Shown piece by piece: positions 61,669-64,000 of a stretch of DNA of 64,000 bases. Within the stretch, counting starts at the first letter, position 1, and every line of letters begins with the position of its first letter. Under the pieces are notes generated by a model. The model had not been told where the DNA came from, did no database searches, and saw nothing but the letters and a program-made list of their open reading frames with translations. The translations under genes were made by a program, and so were the position numbers. The stretch is from a virus, in the IMG/VR virus record IMGVR_UViG_3300045988_142974, positions 32,001 through 96,000 of that record; one strand, 5' to 3'.

Positions 61669-61762
61669 TGATAAGTAAATAATAGTTTCATTGGAAAATT
61701 CAATCAATATATTGTGATTGGATAATGTATAAAACGCAATATATAGTATGCAGACAAACGCA

Positions 61763-61800
61763 AACCGCTAGTAGTAAAATACTGGCGGTTGTTTTTTGTT
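61763..61800 (+). terminator. intrinsic terminator
   Basis: AACCGC-TAGTA..TACT-GGCGGTT followed by GTTTTTTG. Confidence 0.7.
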
Positions 61801-61819
61801 GAAAAACACAATTCATATA

Positions 61820-61848
61820 TTGACTTTAACAACATTATATGTTAAGAT
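61820..61848 (+). promoter_or_regulatory. sigma-A-type promoter upstream of the RHH gene
   Basis: TTGACT, a 17-nt spacer, then TAAGAT. Confidence 0.5.
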
Positions 61849-61873
61849 AACAATATCAAAGGAGGTATCAAAT

Positions 61874-62041
61874 ATGAAGAAGGCATTTAATACTTCCATT
61901 GATGAAGAAATACTTGAACAGTTTAGAGAAAAATGTAAAGAGCAAAAAATCCCAATCAATGTTGTATTGGAAAGATTTATGCAAGGCTATATTGACGAAG
62001 ACTTTAAACTGGAGATGAAGTATTTTCATAATGGAAAATAA
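61874..62041 (+). CDS. ribbon-helix-helix (CopG/Arc-like) DNA-binding protein
   Basis: ATG 8 nt after AAAGGAGG. KKAFNTSIDEEILEQFREKCKEQKIPINVVLERFMQGYI fits the beta-strand plus two-helix pattern. Confidence 0.65.
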   Translation: MKKAFNTSIDEEILEQFREKCKEQKIPINVVLERFMQGYIDEDFKLEMKYFHNGK

Positions 62042-62314
62042 AAAGAGCAGGTTCTCCACCGTCCAAAGCGAAAACCTACTCTTAACACAACTTGAACCTA
62101 AGTCCTAGTCATTACATATTATATCGTATTTTCTGGACTTATTCAAGTCACATTTTCCAAACAAGAATTGCGTACATTGAAAATTAAATAGCAGATTGGC
62201 TATCTGTAAAAGCTGTCGTGATGGAGTTGGAATACTCTCGATAGTCTGCGGGCAAATAGAGAATAAAACTATAGAAGACTATCAACAAATTTATATAAGA
62301 AAGGAAGATACGAC

Positions 62315-63070
62315 ATGAATAAGATTCAGGAATTTTTTAGTGAGCAGTTTGGAACTGTTCGTACAGTAAATGTAAATGGACAGGTTTATTTTGTCGGAAT
62401 TGATATTGCAAAAGCATTGGGATATTCGAATGCAGCTAAAGCGGTATCAACACATTGTAAGAGGGCTTTTAAAACAGAAATTGATGTGAGTTCCCAAAAT
62501 GGGAAGGCACATAAAGCGAGAAATTCACAGGAGATGTTGGTGATTTCAAAGTCAGATATTTACAGATTGATTGTAAAGTCAAAACTTGAATCAGCAGATC
62601 AGTTTGAATCGTGGATATTTGATGAAATCTTACCGAGAATCGAATCAACTGGTGCTTACATTGAAGAAGGTAGAGAAGAGGAAATGGTTCAGAAATATTT
62701 TCCATCATTCTCAAAAGAAGCTCAGACAATAATGGTCAATGATTTGATTAAGCAGAATAGAGAACTTAAAGCGTTCTATGATGACCTGATGAACACCGAA
62801 GGACTTATGAGTATTAATACAATGGCAAAGGAGCTTGGTATTGGAGAATACAAGCTGTTTGCTTTTCTTAGAAATAAGAAAGTATTCTTCTATGACAAAG
62901 ATATGGTGAATGTACCTTATGAGAGATTCAGAAAAGAAGGCAAATTTGCTGTAAAAGAAACACCTTGTCATGATGGAAATATCAGATCTGTTACATATGC
63001 AACTAAGAAGGGATTGGATTATGTAAGAAAACTTCTTAGGAAGAACGGTTATTATTCTGTGACTGAATAA
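62315..63070 (+). CDS. phage antirepressor (Bro-N N-terminal domain plus KilAC-like C-terminal domain)
   Basis: FGTVRTVNVNGQVYFVGIDIAKALGYSNAAKAVSTHCK (Bro-N), and a C-terminal MSINTMAKELGIGEYKLFAFLRNKKVFFY. Confidence 0.85.
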   Translation: MNKIQEFFSEQFGTVRTVNVNGQVYFVGIDIAKALGYSNAAKAVSTHCKRAFKTEIDVSSQNGKAHKARNSQEMLVISKSDIYRLIVKSKLESADQFESWIFDEILPRIESTGAYIEEGREEEMVQKYFPSFSKEAQTIMVNDLIKQNRELKAFYDDLMNTEGLMSINTMAKELGIGEYKLFAFLRNKKVFFYDKDMVNVPYERFRKEGKFAVKETPCHDGNIRSVTYATKKGLDYVRKLLRKNGYYSVTE

Positions 63071-63167
63071 ATAATAATCTGAGTGCTGATATGAAGCATT
63101 CGACTTGTTCTATACTTCTCAAGTCAAAAGAAGTAGTGTATAATAATAAAGAAAGCGAGTGATGAAT

Positions 63168-63581
63168 ATGAAATATGGAGACATTGTTGTATATAAAAAT
63201 CAGATTGGAACAGTAGTAAAAAGCGAAAATGATTTTAAGTTCCATCCGTGTAATTATGGAAGGTGTTATTTTAGCGAGTTAAATACAATTACTGACAGTG
63301 ATGTAAGAGAAGCAACACACGATGAAAAATTGGAACTGATAGAAAAAGAATTTACATGGGGTAATGTGATTAAGATTCATTGCATTGGAGAATATCAGAT
63401 TGTAGAGTATATTGATAAAAGAGATAAGAAAACATTTTATCACGGATACATTAACTACAACGACATAAATCGTTCATATTTTTCTCTTGATTCTGCATTA
63501 ATTGGATGTATTGGATACAAACATGAGGGTGGAAATGGTAGAGCAGCAATGTATTTTGAGAAAATGATTGGTTTGGAATAG
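63168..63581 (+). CDS. hypothetical protein
   Basis: The ATG 8 nt after GAAAGCGAG was chosen among GTG 63159, ATG 63162 and ATG 63168. Confidence 0.6.
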   Translation: MKYGDIVVYKNQIGTVVKSENDFKFHPCNYGRCYFSELNTITDSDVREATHDEKLELIEKEFTWGNVIKIHCIGEYQIVEYIDKRDKKTFYHGYINYNDINRSYFSLDSALIGCIGYKHEGGNGRAAMYFEKMIGLE

Positions 63582-63623
63582 GCACAGGAAACCAAGTTTT
63601 CTTGTGGAGTGGAGAATACATCT

Positions 63624-63845
63624 ATGAAAAATGAAATATATTCGGTTGCTTATAACGATAAAAATGACAATGGATTTTCTAAGATAGAACCGTGGATTAT
63701 AAGTGACTTCGGAAATGATTTAAAGAAATGTAAAATCAAGGCAAATGAATTGATTAAACAATGGTGCAAAAATGTTACAATTTTTAAATGTAATGAACTT
63801 CCAGAAATTGTGACTTGGGATTATGTAAAAGCCCATAAAATCTAA
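63624..63845 (+). CDS. hypothetical small protein
   Basis: ATG about 8 nt after GTGGAGTGGAGA. Confidence 0.55.
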   Translation: MKNEIYSVAYNDKNDNGFSKIEPWIISDFGNDLKKCKIKANELIKQWCKNVTIFKCNELPEIVTWDYVKAHKI

Positions 63846-63879
63846 GTTTACCTATGTGCAGAAAGGAGAATAAATTTGT

Positions 63880-64000
63880 ATGGAGATACCTAAATATATA
63901 CAGAATAAAATTAAGCAACAAAATGAAGCTTGTAAAAAAGCAAGTAAACTAGAAGCAGAAATTGAAAATTGGTGTCAATTATCTGGATTTGATCCATATT
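63880..64000 (+). CDS. hypothetical protein, N-terminal part (runs off the window end)
   Basis: ATG 10 nt after GAAAGGAGAA. Open to the window end (MEIPKYIQNKIKQQNEACKK...). Confidence 0.5.
   Translation, partial: MEIPKYIQNKIKQQNEACKKASKLEAEIENWCQLSGFDPY

Overview
The window is a 64-kb stretch of an AT-rich tailed dsDNA phage or prophage. Shine-Dalgarno sequences and sigma-A-type promoters point to a Bacillota-type host. There are two divergent transcription arms. The leftward arm (1-39423, minus strand) carries four blocks. (1) A head/neck morphogenesis operon: terminase, portal, scaffold-like protein and major capsid protein. (2) Eight tRNA or tRNA-like genes interspersed with large ORF-free, structure-rich segments. 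(3) A tyrosine recombinase, an HU-like protein, an endolysin, a metallophosphoesterase, a YonO/RdRP-like single-subunit RNA polymerase and a dCMP deaminase. (4) A RepA_N-like, ParB-like replication/partition block preceded by 15-bp repeats. Two structural genes are split by HEG-containing inserts that look like group I introns: a GIY-YIG insert in the capsid gene and a LAGLIDADG insert in a tail/neck gene. Two more free-standing homing endonucleases (GIY-YIG and HNH) are present. The arms meet in a gene-poor island of about 3.5 kb (37.6-41.1 kb). Its only long ORF is a CapRel-like RelA/SpoT-domain (toxSAS) protein. That ORF is bracketed by C-depleted G/T-rich repeat tracts and a palindrome cluster. 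A near-consensus promoter follows, driving an ATG-free, highly structured RNA or leader of about 230 nt. The rightward arm (41110-64000) holds about 60 tightly packed small early genes, mostly of unknown function. Recognisable products there are an XRE HTH protein, a MYG1/DHH-like phosphoesterase, a DGQHR ParB-fold protein, a HicA-like toxin, a J-domain protein, an RHH protein and a Bro-N/KilAC antirepressor. No CRISPR array or rRNA was seen. All calls come from reading the sequence and ORF track by eye. Intron boundaries, tRNA ends and many start codons are approximate, and no homology search was run.
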